This document shows positions 1-13,409 of a DNA stretch of 64,000 nucleotides, piece by piece. The position numbers and the translations under genes were made by a program. Numbering within the stretch: the first letter of the stretch is position 1; each line of letters starts with the position of its first letter. The stretch spans positions 109,058,001 through 109,122,000 of the forward strand of contig OZ024740.1 of assembly GCA_964016885.1 (NCBI GenBank), read 5' to 3'. This DNA is from Eledone cirrhosa. Taxonomy: Eukaryota. The notes below the pieces were generated by a model. It searched no databases and was not told where the DNA came from. It saw only the letters and a list, made by a program, of their open reading frames with translations.

Positions 1-1250
1 AGAAAAAAAAGAGAAAAAAAAAGAAAAAACGGGAAGGCAAGGGAATGACAAGAACTCTAGTGTCGGAGAAGAATGGGGAGGGGGAAGGATAATTGGGCTC
101 TGGGCCTAGGGCGCGGTGGTGGAGGGGCTGCGCCCTGCGGACAAGACCACAAAAGCATTCCTGTGGACAATGGCCAGCGATATCTGCTGCAATAGCCACC
201 CCACCTTGCAGGGCTCCCTCCTCAGATGGGCCACCATCCATCACATATTTTGCTACTGTAACCATTTTGAGGCGAAAATATTAAAGTATTAATACTGAAT
301 ATGATTTAAACCTTTCATTACCATATTCCTAATGAAAGATTATTTTGAAAATGATCAAGAATTTGGAAACATTTAGTAATATAAAAAATTGCTTATTATT
401 AAGCTCATGTTTATTCCATAACTTAAAGGTTCTTACATAAAATGATGTTGGTAGTCTTTTAGGTAAATATAAATACTTTAAAATAAATAACTTTATATCA
501 TAGAACCAGGTACTTTCAAGTGGTTTGGTATCAAGAATTAAACTTCATTAGTGTGGGTGCCATATGAAAATGCACCAAGTACACTCTGTAAAGTGGTTGG
601 CAAATGAATGGAAATAGCATAGGGTTAACACTTCAGTCTGGCTGAGGTATAACAAATTCTCTAATGCTGGTGCCATTATAAATTACACCTAGTACACTCA
701 ACAAAGAGTGTTAGGAAAGACATTCAGATGTAAAAATAATGCCCAAAATGGAATGTATGAGTGAGATGTGGTATTCCAACCCATCTAGAAAGTCATTGAC
801 CTCCAATAAGAACTGAACTAGAATATGAAAACCCATCCAACCCATGCCAGCATAGAAAGCCAATATAAAATGAGAATTATGATGATTTTAAATGATTCTC
901 ACGTTAGTCAATCTAACTAAAATATAAAGCAGCAGTCCTTCATCACAATGTGGTTACTTAAAATTAACATTTATTGTTTGTACTGACTGACACAAGCGAG
1001 CAGCAACATATTAACTTCAATTTCCTATCCCCTGAAATTGTTTGCATTTAATCCATTACTCACAATTTGCTTTTTACCATCACTACATTACTACTATTGC
1101 TGCTGCTGCTACTACTACTAGCAACAACAAAGTGCTCAAGTTTCACTAACTTTTATGTCGTTGATCACATTGCTCAAGATCCCATGCAATAGAACTTTGC
1201 AATTGTGAAACAAACTTCTTTATCCCACAGGTATGTCTGTATCCATATAT

Positions 1251-1466
1251 TGGTTTCTTATATAGACACAAGGCCAGCCATTTTGGGGGAGGGGAAAGTT
1301 GATTAAATCAACTCCAGCGCGTGACTGGTACTTTATTTTATCAACCCTGAAAGGATGAAAGGCAAAGTTAAACTCGGCAGGATTTGAACTCAGATCATAA
1401 AGGGCCGTAACTCTGTGCTGTAAAGCATGGCGTCCAACCCTCTACCGATACTGCCAATCCACCACC
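1251..1466 (-). mobile_element. tRNA-derived SINE family A, long variant
   Basis: Minus strand has A box TGGCAGTATCGG, B box GAGTTCAAATCC, central GCCTTTCATCCTT..GATAAAATAAAGTACCAG domain and GGCCTTGTG 3' end; similar to about 10 other copies in the window. Confidence 0.85.
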
Positions 1467-2011
1467 CGTCTGCATCCATATATTATTTGACAATCAAGTT
1501 TGGTTTACACAGTCTAATTTCTGTATAAGGTAAAGAATTACTTGAATAAAAATCTTGCAGATTGGAAAATAAAGGATAGAGACTTTTGTATCTCCTCAAA
1601 GACATTCTTATAGCTGCTAGATGAAAATTTTGTTTCAGATATTTTCTTTCACCTAATATCAAATCTAAAATGTTAAATATCTCTTTTTAATTTAAACTAT
1701 CAATTTATATGTTTATATTTCAGACTCATTCAATAATAAAACAATGGTATATTTATAATCTCTTTAAAGACACAGATGACTGATTTAAATCTGATATCAA
1801 CCACTTGAAACCACCACTGGTTCTATGATACAAAGATGTTTGTTTTAAAGTGTTCATATTTATCTAAAAACATTTTAGTATAATTTTATGTAAGGAAGTT
1901 TCATGTTATGTTTCAAACACCAGCTTGATAACAAGAAAGTTAACTTATTACCAAATCCTTACAAATTTTTCATTGGAAATATGATAAGTTAAAGGGTTAA
2001 AGTTAAAATCT

Positions 2012-2292
2012 TTCCCAAGCCCAAAGGCTCATCAGGCTGGAGCTTATCCAATTTTAAGGGCATTAAATGAAAGAGAGTACAAGACTTCCTCCACTGGACA
2101 TGATGCCAGTTTGTTGCAGGGTTAACCCCAAGCCATAGCTAATACTAATTTTTCTTTTCAGCTGAGTGGATAAGAGTAACATAAAATGAAATGTCTTGCT
2201 CAAGGACAAAACACAGCACTCAATCCGAGAATCAAATTCACATCTTTATGATCATGAACCCAACACCCAACCCTCTAAGCCATCTGCCTTCA
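2012..2292 (-). mobile_element. Decayed tRNA-derived CORE-type SINE
   Basis: Minus strand has a tRNA-like head followed by CORE-like TGTCCTTGAGCAAGACA; related to copies at 33516 and 56668. Confidence 0.6.
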
Positions 2293-4360
2293 TTCTGATG
2301 ACTGATCAATAGGTTCAAATTATTGTTTCTTGAGTAAATAGAGCAATATTTAACTTTCTGTATGACTAAACAAATGGATTTATTTAGATAGAAAATATCT
2401 TTCACTCTATTTTATATGGCATTCTTGCATTATTGATAAATTTTATAACTTAGTGTTTGATGCTGGTGTTTTACAATTGGATGTGTTCCAAATGCTTTTA
2501 GAAAACAGAACTAAGGATATTTTTCAATATACAAAGAGAACAATAATAGTAATCTTTGTTATGATTCTATGAATAGCTGTATGGTAATGTGACTTTGAAG
2601 TTTTCTCTTTGAAATAATGTGCTTTCTTGTTTCCATAGGAGAGTATCAAGAAGCTCTCTGGAGCAGAAATTTCATAGATAGAATTTAAGGAGAAGTATTC
2701 TAAGCTAATTAATTAACATAGAAATAAAATGTAACTTGACCTAAATGTAATTAACTATAGAGGCTATAGAGGAAGAGTTCACTGTATTGTGTGTAAAATA
2801 ACTAATTAGTAAATCTTCTGTAGGAGATTACTATAATACTTTGTTAATAAGATCATAGTTCAATCAACTAGATCCTAGCTTAATTAATTAGCTTTAACTA
2901 ATTTACACCTACAATTCAGTATAGTTAAACATTTGTGTCAATACTTTATTATGTCTGCTATAAAACATATACATGTACATGACTGCTTTTTTGGCACTCT
3001 TGGTTCTAGAACTATGTGGAGCTACCCATTTGGCTGGATTAATAGTTTTGCCATAACTAGAGATAAATGTAATCAAAATAGGCTAGAAATTTCTCCAAAT
3101 CACTGCAGCAACCACTGATACCTAGATATTCAGATGACTGCAAATGACACACACTGCTACCGGTGGCCAACCACTAAACTAGGTCGACAGATAGGAATGA
3201 GAATGGGGTGACAAATTCATGATTAAAAGATGATTAAACTGTGTCAGACCATCAGTTGCCAGAAAATTGGAAAATCAATGGGGTAACTATACTTGATATG
3301 GTGTAAATTCCAATTGATAGATGTTCTTCATTATGACAGGCTTTATTTCATAGACAAACAATAATTTCACATTTCCTATATCCAACCCACTGAGACCGAC
3401 CCTGATTCTAGGCTACAAATTTATATCTGCTCTCGAAATTTCTAATGAAATACATTGTATTTGAATAAATTAATGAAGAATTTGAATAGATTTACTAACA
3501 TTATTCATTATGTGGTTAGGATTATTTGGAGAAAGCTGGAACAATGCAAATTAGAAATACAAGAATGAGAACTAAAGTAAAGTAAAACAATTAAAGAAAC
3601 AAAAACAAAAAAATAACAACAACAATAACAACAACAAAAAAACAACGTATTTCTAATTTTGCATCATGCCAGCCTTCTCAAGACAACTCTAATCACACAT
3701 TTAACAATGCTTCATATAAACTATACTGCATAATTAATTATTCAATTAAGATGGTATTAGTAACATAACTTAAAAGATTCATATATATAATTAGGTTGGG
3801 AAATCTTAATTTAAATAGAAATCCTTTTAAATGAGTGTTTTTTTTTTCGTTTTTAGAACCATCTGGGTTGGTACCAAAAGGGTAAATATATTTAGTCAGA
3901 TTCTAAGAAATTTAAAACTCAGTTAACAAAATTCACACCTTCTGGCCTATAAATCACTTTACTATTTTAAAATGAATAACTTTTTTAGTAATAATTAGCT
4001 TTTGATTTTTATTTCAGATACGGCAGAATAGAGAATGGAATAATCAATACAGAATAGTAAAAATAAATAAATACTAAATATTGATCAACAAAATATAATG
4101 TGAATTTTGAGCCACCTTGTCTAATAATAAAGGTAATTTGGAAAGCAGGAAAAGTTGATTATATTAATTCTAGATACTTAACTGGTATTTAATTTTTTTC
4201 AACCTCAAAAGGATGAAAGGCAAAGTTAATCCCAGCAAGATTGGAATTCAGAATATAAAGAGTACATATACTGGTACATATACTGCAAAGCCGTTTTTCC
4301 CAGCATTCTAATGATTCAGCCATTCTACCATTCTTCTACCTTGTATAATAGTTTATATCA

Positions 4361-4547
4361 TAATTGTTTCTACTTTTGGCACAAGGCCAGCAATTACCCA
4401 GTGCATTACTGGTACTTTATTTTATCGACCCCGTAAGGATGAAAGGCAAAGTTAACCTCGACAGGATTTGAACTCAGAATGGCAAGGGCCGTAACTCTGT
4501 GCGTCAAAGCATGGCGTCCGACCCTCTACCGATACTGCCAATCCACC
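4361..4547 (-). mobile_element. tRNA-derived SINE family A, young short variant
   Basis: Near-identical to copies at 6007, 7575, 31308 and 43064; A/B boxes present; an older degenerate copy lies at about 4130-4330. Confidence 0.9.
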
Positions 4548-5135
4548 AACAGTGTTTCAGCTGTGCCTGCAGATAAAATGGCAAAGATATTGCTGCAGAA
4601 AATGGCTAGCGACAACTGTTGCAACAGCCACTCCACATAATGGGGCTCTTTCCTCAGACGAGCTATTATCTTTCTGACATAATGAAGGAAATGAGCAGTG
4701 GCGGGTGGAGGATGGACAGAGGACACCTAAGGTCTTAATGATCTGTATGATAAGTAAGTTGTTGGTCAGCAACTTGCCCCATTTGTCACATAAACACTAC
4801 AATCTGTCAAAAACGTTCTAAAATTTACATTGTGTGCAGCACACAAAACCCAAAAACAAGATGGTGAGGGACAGAACAAAGAAGATACACAAAATAAGAA
4901 ATTGGTCACTGAGGTCACAGAATGTGTAATGAGAGAGCTTTGACATTGTCAAAGCTCTCTCATTACACATTCTGTTATTGAACCAACCAACCGGATATTT
5001 ATAATAAATTGAAGTGAAAACCAATGGGTGCATGTGTTTTTATTGGCAGCATGACCCTCCCAAAGTATAACAATATCTATTTCAACACACGTTTTCAGAT
5101 AAGAAATCTTGCAAAACAAATTAAAAAACGAAATG

Positions 5136-5189
<54 letters not shown>

Positions 5190-5312
5190 CCACAAACATA
5201 GCTTTGTTAAAGTTTGGTTAAAGAAAGGAATATTAATTAGTCTCTCCATAAAACAATGTTACGTACTACTAATACCACTACTTCTGCTGCTGCTGTACTC
5301 TTCCTCTTCTTC

Positions 5313-5363
<51 letters not shown>

Positions 5364-5386
5364 ATAATAATAATAATAATAATAAT

Positions 5387-5775
5387 GATTTCTTTATTAA
5401 CCACAAGGGTTTACACAAAGTAGACATTAAGGACAGTACAGGACAATACAGGACGGTACAAATGGGCATTTTTGCGTGTAAAAAAACCCCCAAAACAGAG
5501 GATGTAATAAAAAGAACAATGAAAAATTCCCCAATAGGAGGGAGACTTCCGAGAGCCATCGTGGAGAAAGCCCATTAAAAAAGCCACGGTGACCCTGACC
5601 ACCAGGGCAAGTGTCTTCTCCCAGTTTTCCACCTTAAATTTACAGGCATATACTCAGAGTAGGTCCATTCACTCGGGCCATTCTTGCCTCTCTAACCCAT
5701 CTTTCAACAAAAAGCTGGTAAGAGATCACTTCCCTCTCTACCCTGATTTTCCTTTTCAAATGAAATTTGAAAAAT
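5387..5775 (-). mobile_element. Tx1-type LINE 3' UTR fragment within (TAA)n
   Basis: Minus strand CCTCCTATTGGGGAATTTTTC and CCCTTGTGGTTAATAAAGAAATCATTATTA match the 3' end of the element at 35811-41080; (TAA)n on both sides. Confidence 0.75.
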
Positions 5776-6006
5776 AATCATAATAATAATAATAATAATA
5801 ATAAAAGAATTAAGATCTCACATTAATCTCCATAAAAATAAATGGATAGAAGAGTTTGGTTGAAAAAAAACTAAACTATAAATTTGAGATGAATAGCACT
5901 TGGATAAAGACTGAGCTCAAAGTGACATTTAATCCCCCAAAAGGATCAAAATATGATAAAGTAGCCAATAGAAAATAAAATAGTAGTAGAAGCTAACGGG
6001 ACTAAA

Positions 6007-6198
6007 TAATTGTTTCTACTTTTGGCACAAGGCCAGCAATTACCCAGTGCATTACTGGTACTTTATTTTATCAACCCCGCAAGGATGAAAGGCAAAGTTA
6101 ACCTCGGCGGGATTTGAACTGAGAATGGCAAAGGCCGTAACTCTATGCGTCAAAGCATGGCGTCCGACCCTCTACCGATACTGCCAATCCACCGCTAT
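6007..6198 (-). mobile_element. tRNA-derived SINE family A with 18-bp TSD
   Basis: Family A sequence; direct repeat CTAACGGGACTAAATAAT at 5993-6010 and 6199-6216. Confidence 0.92.
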
Positions 6199-7574
6199 CT
6201 AACGGGACTAAATAATGTTAATAGAGCATATTGATCATGAGAGTGCTGGCAAGTGACAAGATGTGGAAAAAGACAGCAGAATCTATAGATGCTGACTTAG
6301 GACCATACTAAGAATTTATTGATATAAGCACATCATAAATGAAGAGGTTATTATTGAAATGGCTGAGCTGAGTAATATATAGAATACTATCACCATAAGA
6401 TAACAGATGTTCTAGCACATGCTATGGATGATAACGAAGAGAAAAGTGGGAACCTCTCTTGAGTGGAAGCTAAGGAGAGGGAGGGGGCATTGGAGGCAAG
6501 ATAGACCTATCAAAATCTGGTTGAAGTCTATGGAGGAGGACCTGGCCTGTAACATAGCTTGCGAGTGACTATGCAAGATAGAGATCTCTCATCACACAAT
6601 GCCCTCAGAGAGCAAAAGGAACTAAAGAAAAGGAGGATGGTAAGGGAGGAGTGTCAATGATTTATATATTTTCTTTTACAAAAATAATGGCTGTTGCCTG
6701 CTTCAGGCATATGATTCTGTTTGGCAACAACACAACTTTGGTTAGATTGTTTTGTTGCCAATAAAATAATATACAGAAATAATATAAGTGCTGAAAACAA
6801 ACTAAATTGGAGCAAGCTTAGAAAATATCTCTAAATGAGAGGCCAGCATCAAGTCATTATATTATAGGCAACAGATGAAGCTGAAATAATACAGTTAAGT
6901 AGGAAAATACAATAAGAGAGTGTTTAAGACCACAACCACATGGTCTTGAGGGTCTATCTCATTACATGGCACCTGGGGCAAGGGTCTTCTACAATAGCCT
7001 TGGGTCAACTAATGATTTGTGGAGATTTGGGTTTTCAGGAACTGTAAGGAAGCCTGTCATGTGTGAGTGTATTTATGCATGTGTATTTGTTGTTCTGTTC
7101 TTTTCTTTATGCATTCAACATAGCAAGTGGTGATATTTGTTTACAATCTGTGTGAACAAAGATCTCACTTGTCAGTGGTTAGATGTGCAAAGATCTGTAC
7201 CTAAAAGGTAAATAAAGGTTGCCACCAGGAAGGGTGTCCCACTGCAAAAATCATGGTTAGGAATGATGTGACAAGAAGCAGGTAAAGAATATAGAATTGA
7301 CTTAAAAGAAATAGCATGAAATCTATGTTTGGCAAAATTCATCAAAGCTTTGCACAAATCCATGGGGGCAAAAAGATTAAAAGAAATAAAAGGAGAATCA
7401 AATTAAAAAATTAATTACTTGAATTGTTTTGGTTTTTTTCTCAAATGAAAGTAAAGAAAGAGAATTAACTAACATATGACTAACATAATCAGTTATTGTG
7501 TTAAATCCATAAATGTCTAATGTTTTGACAGAAACTATATACAAAGAAAAAGTTTAAATACAGATTGTCATACA

Positions 7575-7758
7575 TAATTGTTTCTACGTTAGGCACAAGG
7601 CCAGCAATTACCCAGTGCATTACTGGTACTTTATTTTATCGACCCCGTAAGGATGAAAGGCAAAGTCAACCTCGGCGGGATTTGAACTCAGATCGTAAAG
7701 GGACGTAACTATGCTGGAAAGCATGGCGTCCGACCCTCTACCGATACTGCCAATCCAC
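7575..7758 (-). mobile_element. tRNA-derived SINE family A
   Basis: Near-identical to other young copies; A/B boxes present. Confidence 0.9.
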
Positions 7759-7784
7759 TGTGTGTGTATGTGTATACACAAACA

Positions 7785-8392
7785 TATGGTGGCTGCCAAC
7801 TCGTTTTCGAGTACGGCCACTACTTTATATCCATGTAGGAGAACCCCTACTGATGCGCTAAACGAGTGTGACTTTTCAGTCCAGCCAGCGACTTGAAAAC
7901 TCTGGTACAAACACTACACTTGTGACAATTATTGACACATAGTGCTGGGCCCATGGTACCATGTCACGACAAGTGCAGAGAGATCTCCAGATATAAAGCA
8001 ATGCCTGTGCCGTGAAGCTTTTATAGTGAGCAAAGGCACTGCACAAAGCCAGTCCCACTCTCTTAACCAAGATGATATTTACCAAAAAGAAGAACAAGTC
8101 AACATCATTGGATACCATCAGAGTTGCAGGTGTTATATCAGAGTTTTCCTTCTCCTAGAATTCTGCCTTGACAAAGGCTAAGGGGTCATCTCTCCCGGTG
8201 ATTTTGGATGGCCATTGACTCTTAAGAGCTCCTTTGCCCTTTGACAGGTTTTGTTTTTAGTCCTGCAGGATGTCCAAAGTCACCCTCCTCACCAAGCAAC
8301 CTTGGTGGGGTTGCCAGTTTAGTCGCCAACGACCCGACCATGAGACAGGTTGTACTGGGATACATGTTACCAGTAGCACCAACTGGGGACCT
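7785..8392 (-). mobile_element. Short RTE-derived retroposon (putative 5' UTR joined to a 3' end with C2H2 remnant)
   Basis: 7785-8046 is the reverse complement of 55357-55615, which encodes CHKCGVCTRVFKSLAGLKSHTRSAH; 8047-8392 carries RTE 5'-UTR-like motifs GGCGACTAAACTGGCAACCCC and GGAGAAGGAAAACTCTGA. Confidence 0.6.
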
Positions 8393-8451
8393 GACATAAA
8401 CACAAACATATACATATTTATATACACACACACACACACATATATATATAT

Positions 8452-9150
8452 AGCTTAATGTGTTGCAACCTTATGTTACTGTTGGTTCACCCACTTGAAC
8501 ACTGGATGCATAGGTAATGCATGCTATTGTAATGCATGCTATTGTGGTGTTATTCTAAGGTTGGTTTCTTTCACGAGCAGAGTGTAATATTAATAATAAG
8601 TAGGGACGAGGTGTCAGAGTATCGTCATTAAGTTTATTCATGTGTGACGTGCGTTTCCCTATTGATAAGCTCAAGAGCCTGTTGAGCTTTTGATCACAGA
8701 ATCAATAAAGATTGAACTTTAAGCTGATCAATAGGGAAACGCACGTCACACCTGAATAAAATTAATGACACCTTGTTCCTACTTCCTATTATTATTAATA
8801 TATATATATCTAGGGAATGTAACGTGCAGTTACTGTCGGTTCCCCTGTGTGAGCACTCGATATGTAATTTTTAGTCGGCAAAGAGGTGTAGAACTAAGCA
8901 GAGTGTAATTATAATAATAAAAGGATGATTTGTTATATCTTCATTACGTTTATTGAGTAGTGATCAGTTCAAGGTTTGATCTGCATCGATCTAACCCAAC
9001 TCTGGAATCAAAATCTCATCGGACCTCTGCTGTGATTCCAGAGTTGGGTTACATCAATACAGATCGAACCATGCACTGATCAATAGCGAAACACGCGTTG
9101 CTACTAAATAAACGTAATGACGACATAGCAAATCGTCCTTTTATTATTAT
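8452..9150. mobile_element. Two tandem diverged fold-back elements (PLE-terminus-like)
   Basis: Inverted repeats at about 8587-8670/8722-8800 and 8911-9010/9033-9150; shared GCAGAGTGTAAT and GTTACTGTYGGTTC; partial hammerhead 3' halves at 8736-8747 and 9088-9099. Confidence 0.6.
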
Positions 9151-9820
9151 TGTGTAATAGTAATATACGTGAACGGCAAAGCATAAACGAACTAAGGGAA
9201 AAATTAAAAATAGGAGGGATCAGATGTTGTTTACTCGAGAGAAGGCTACGTTGGTATGGTCACGTGATGCGCATGAAAGACGACAGCTGTATAAAAAAGT
9301 GCAGGGCAATAAAGATAGACGGTAGCCACGGAGTAGGCAGACCCAGAAAAACTTGGGACGACCTGATAAATTCCGACCTCACACACTTACACTTCTCCAA
9401 GACAATGTCACTGGACCGAGATCTTTGGCGGTACTCAGTAATAGAGAAGACCCGCCTTACCTAAATACAAAGTAAAACCTACTACAGTCAGTAGGCATCT
9501 CTAACAAAATACCCCCCCCCCCCCCCCCCCCCGCCCCTTTCAATGTAAAGTTATGTTGGTGCCACAACATCCAGGCCGAAACAAATGTGATCGTGTAGGT
9601 GTCACGACAAAAAAACACACAGTCCACGCTCTAATGTGGCCGTATAGGCAACACGGTAAAAACCTCCCAGCCCCACACTGTAAATGTGGTTGGTGTTAGG
9701 AAGAGCATCCAGCTGTAGAAAACCTGCCAGACAGTCCTATGCGAGCAAGACAACCACTCTTGCCTCAAGTGGGAAAACTCCCGTCCAAACCCATGCAAGC
9801 GTGGAACATGGACGTTAAAC

Positions 9821-9863
<43 letters not shown>
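9150..9863 (+). mobile_element. RTE-clade LINE, 5'-truncated 3' end
   Basis: ORF 9150-9464 with RRLRWYGHVMRM..GRPRKTW..DRDLWR, the RTE ORF2 C-terminus; 3' UTR and (GAT)n tail. Confidence 0.92.
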
Positions 9864-9865
<2 letters not shown>

Positions 9866-10286
9866 ATGTGTGTGTGTGTGTGTGTGTGTGTGGATGCGTA
9901 TATGTATATATATAGTTTAACCTTTTTGAAACCAACCTGCCCCAAACCAGCTATTTAAATGGTACCTATCTAAATTAAAATCCCCCAACATAATTTGACA
10001 TAAGAACCTTTTCTTAAGTTATTTTATATATTGATAATTAAACAATTAATAATTGTAGTAAATCTTTCCAATTCCTTTATTAATAAATTGAAATACAGTG
10101 TATTTTGTTAGACATATGATGATGAAAGGATTAATACTGATTGATACATACAACATGCATGTATATGTCAGTGTGTGTATAAAAACAAATAGTCAAGGGT
10201 TGTGGGAAAATGATTTTGTTTATTAATAATTATTAGTAATTCTGACATGTGTTTTCATACATTACATAATATAATGAAATCTGGAT

Positions 10287-11095
10287 TGTTAGACAATTGA
10301 ATACTTCATACTGCCAAGGAATATCGTAACTGATTATCATAACATAAAACAATTCCTATATACTTATATATATATATAACACCCCTGAAATGTACATAAT
10401 AGATCTTATTTAATAGACTAAAGTATGGAAATGTAAGACCTTCCTCTTCGTATTTACTTAAATACCAATACTCCATCAAACACCAGACTATGTGATACCA
10501 GTTCTTACGTGGATGGGTACAACTGTTGTAGAGTGCTTTAACCTGATTACTCAATTATTTGTTGATTGCGGAAAAAATTCAACACTGACAATCAACTAAC
10601 ACATATTTTATAACAATATATGTATGTGTATGTGTGTGTGTACGTGTACATATACATATACACAAACATAAATCATCAGCAGCATGTTTTTTTAACAGTC
10701 TTTATATCTATTTAAAAACCTTCCATCATAAGTTTATGTAAGAACCTTTGTTAAGCTATGTTTAATAATGAGAAAGTTATTTTACTAATCCTTCTAAATT
10801 CTAAATGATTATCAAAATACTTTGAAAATTACAGGCTGTGTTTTTCATTAGTAATATGGTAACAGGAACATTTGCCACACGATGTGTTCATATAGAATTA
10901 AGACAGATGGACACACACACACACAATATGTAATACTATCTCTATTATTGAGCTGACATAAAATACTTCCTTTATTTTGATACTTAGAGGTCAAGTGTAT
11001 AATAATATATTTATACATATATACATACATACATACATACATACATACACACAGACACATATATATATATATATATAGTTAACCAAAAGCAATAT
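10287..11095 (+). repeat. Copy 1 of ~809-bp direct duplication flanking a LINE
   Basis: Nearly identical to 12602-13409; the same 82-aa ORF appears twice in the ORF track. Confidence 0.95.
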
Positions 11096-12605
11096 CATCA
11101 TCATCATCATCATCAACGTCTAACGTCCGTGTTCCACGCTTGCATGGGTTTGGACGGGGGTAGTCCCACTTGAGGCAAGAGTGATTGTCTTGCTCGCATA
11201 GGACTGTCTGGCAGGTTTTCTACAGTTGGATGCCCTTCCTAACACCAACCACATTTACAGTGTGGGTCTGGGAGGTTTTTACCGTGTTGCCTACACGGCC
11301 ACATTACAGCGTGGACTGTGTGTTTTTTGTTGTGACACCTACACCATCTCATTTGTTTCGGCCTGGGATGGCGCGGCACCAACATAACTTTACATAGAAC
11401 GGGGTGGTGTGGATGGGGTGGGGGTGGTAGGTGGGACGGGGTGTATTTTGTTAGAGATGCCTACTGGCTGTAGTAGGTTTTACTATGTATTTAGGTAAGG
11501 CGGGTCTTCTCTGTTACTGAGTACCGCCAAAGGTCTCGGTCCAGTGACATTGTCTTGGAGAGGTATAAGTGTGTGAGGTCGGAGTTTATCAGCTCGTCCC
11601 AGGTTTTTCTAGGTCTGCCTATTCCGTGGCTACCGTCTATCTTTATTGCCCTGCACTTTGTTATACAGCTATCGACTTTCATGCGCATCATGTGTCCATA
11701 CCAACGTAGCCTTCTCTCGAGTAAACAACATCTGATCCCTCTTATTTCTAATTTTTTTCCTTAGTTCGTTTATGCTTTGCCGTTCACGTATATTACTGTT
11801 ACACATCCAGCGGAGCATGCAAGCTTCGTTACTCTCTAGTCTGCGTATATCCTCTGCACACAATGCCCAGGTCTCACTGCCATGCAACATTGCTGTTCGT
11901 ATGCAGGCATCGTACAACCTGCCTTTCATTTTTAGGGAGAACCCTTTAGCAGCTAATAGTGGTATAAGCTCTCTGAACTTTTTCCAACCAGTTCTGACTC
12001 TAGCTACTGTACTTTCAGAGCACCCTCCCCCACTGCTGATTTTATCGCCCAGGTAACGGAAGCTGTCCACTATTTCTATAGTACCCACTGCGCAATTGAA
12101 AGAGCTAGTATTTTGTGGGCACTTGCTGCTACTTATTGCACCAGAGCACCGGCCACATGTAAAATCTATGTTCTTAGTTAGCTTACCTGTGATCCCACTA
12201 CATCTTTTATGCACCCATACTTTGCATTTAGGACATAAAATGGAGTTTCTACCTATGCCTTTCCTACACACTGAGCATGACCATTTCCCAGAAGGGACCG
12301 CCGCCTTATTTTCTTTCCTACAAACTAGAACTTTAGTCTTAGACAGGTTAATTTTAAGTCCTTTTGATTCTAGGCCGTGCTTCCATGTTTGGAATTTCTT
12401 CTCTAGCTCGGCCATTGATTCAGCTATGAGTGTCAGGTCGTCTGTGTATAGGAGTTCCCATGGGCAGCCGGTCTTGAACTCCTCTGTTATAGCCTGAGGG
12501 GCAATAATAAATAGTAGGGGGCTGAGAACAGAGCCCTGATGGACGCCAACTTTTACGCTAAACTCTTCACTATATTCGTTGTTAATTCTAACCTTGCTGA
12601 CTGTT
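11096..12605 (-). mobile_element. RTE-clade LINE, 5'-truncated (RT C-half, PHD finger, C-terminus; frameshifted)
   Basis: ORF 11669-12667 with [20 protein letters not shown]4HC3 finger, FRYLG and LHGSETW; ORF 11491-11691 GRPRKTW; (GAT)n tail at about 11096-11114. Confidence 0.95.
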
Positions 12606-13340
12606 AGACAATTGATTACTTCATACTGCCAAGGAATATCGTAACTGATTATCATAACATAAAACAATTCCTATATACTTATATATATATATAACACCCC
12701 TGAAATGTACATAATAGATCTTATTTAATAGACTAAAGTATGGAAATGTAAGACCTTCCTCTTCGTATTTACTTAAATACCAATACTCCATCAAACACCA
12801 GACTATGTGATACCAGTTCTTACGTGGATGGGTACAACTGTTGTAGAGTGCTTTAACCTGATTACTCAATTATTTGTTGATTGCGGAAAAAATTCAACAC
12901 TGACAATCAACTAACACATATTTTATAACAATATATGTATGTGTATGTGTGTGTGTACGTGTACATATACATATACACAAACATAAATCATCAGCAGCAT
13001 GTTTTTTTAACAGTCTTTATATCTATTTAAAAACCTTCCATCATAAGTTTATGTAAGAACCTTTGTTAAGCTATGTTTAATAATGAGAAAGTTATTTTAC
13101 TAATCCTTCTAAATTCTAAATGATTATCAAAATACTTTGAAAATTACAGGTTGTGTTTTTCATTAGTAATATGGTAACAGGAACATTTGCCACACGATGT
13201 GTTCATATAGAATTAAGACAGATGGACACACACACACACACAATATGTAATACTATCTCTATTATTGAGCTGACATAAAATACTTCCTTTATTTTGGAGG
13301 TCAAGTGTATAATAATATATTTATATATACATACATACAT

Positions 13341-13391
<51 letters not shown>

Positions 13392-13409
13392 GTTAACCAA
13401 AAGCAATAT
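12602..13409 (+). repeat. Copy 2 of ~809-bp direct duplication
   Basis: Matches 10287-11095 apart from a few substitutions, one small indel and microsatellite length changes. Confidence 0.95.

Noticed and set aside
93-284. GC-rich patch with a 63-aa ORF at the window start
   Set aside because: No recognisable motif and truncated context; probably a repeat fragment
10306-10554. 82-aa ORF present twice (also 12621-12869)
   Set aside because: Repeated only because of the 809-bp duplication; no recognisable domain and a non-ATG start
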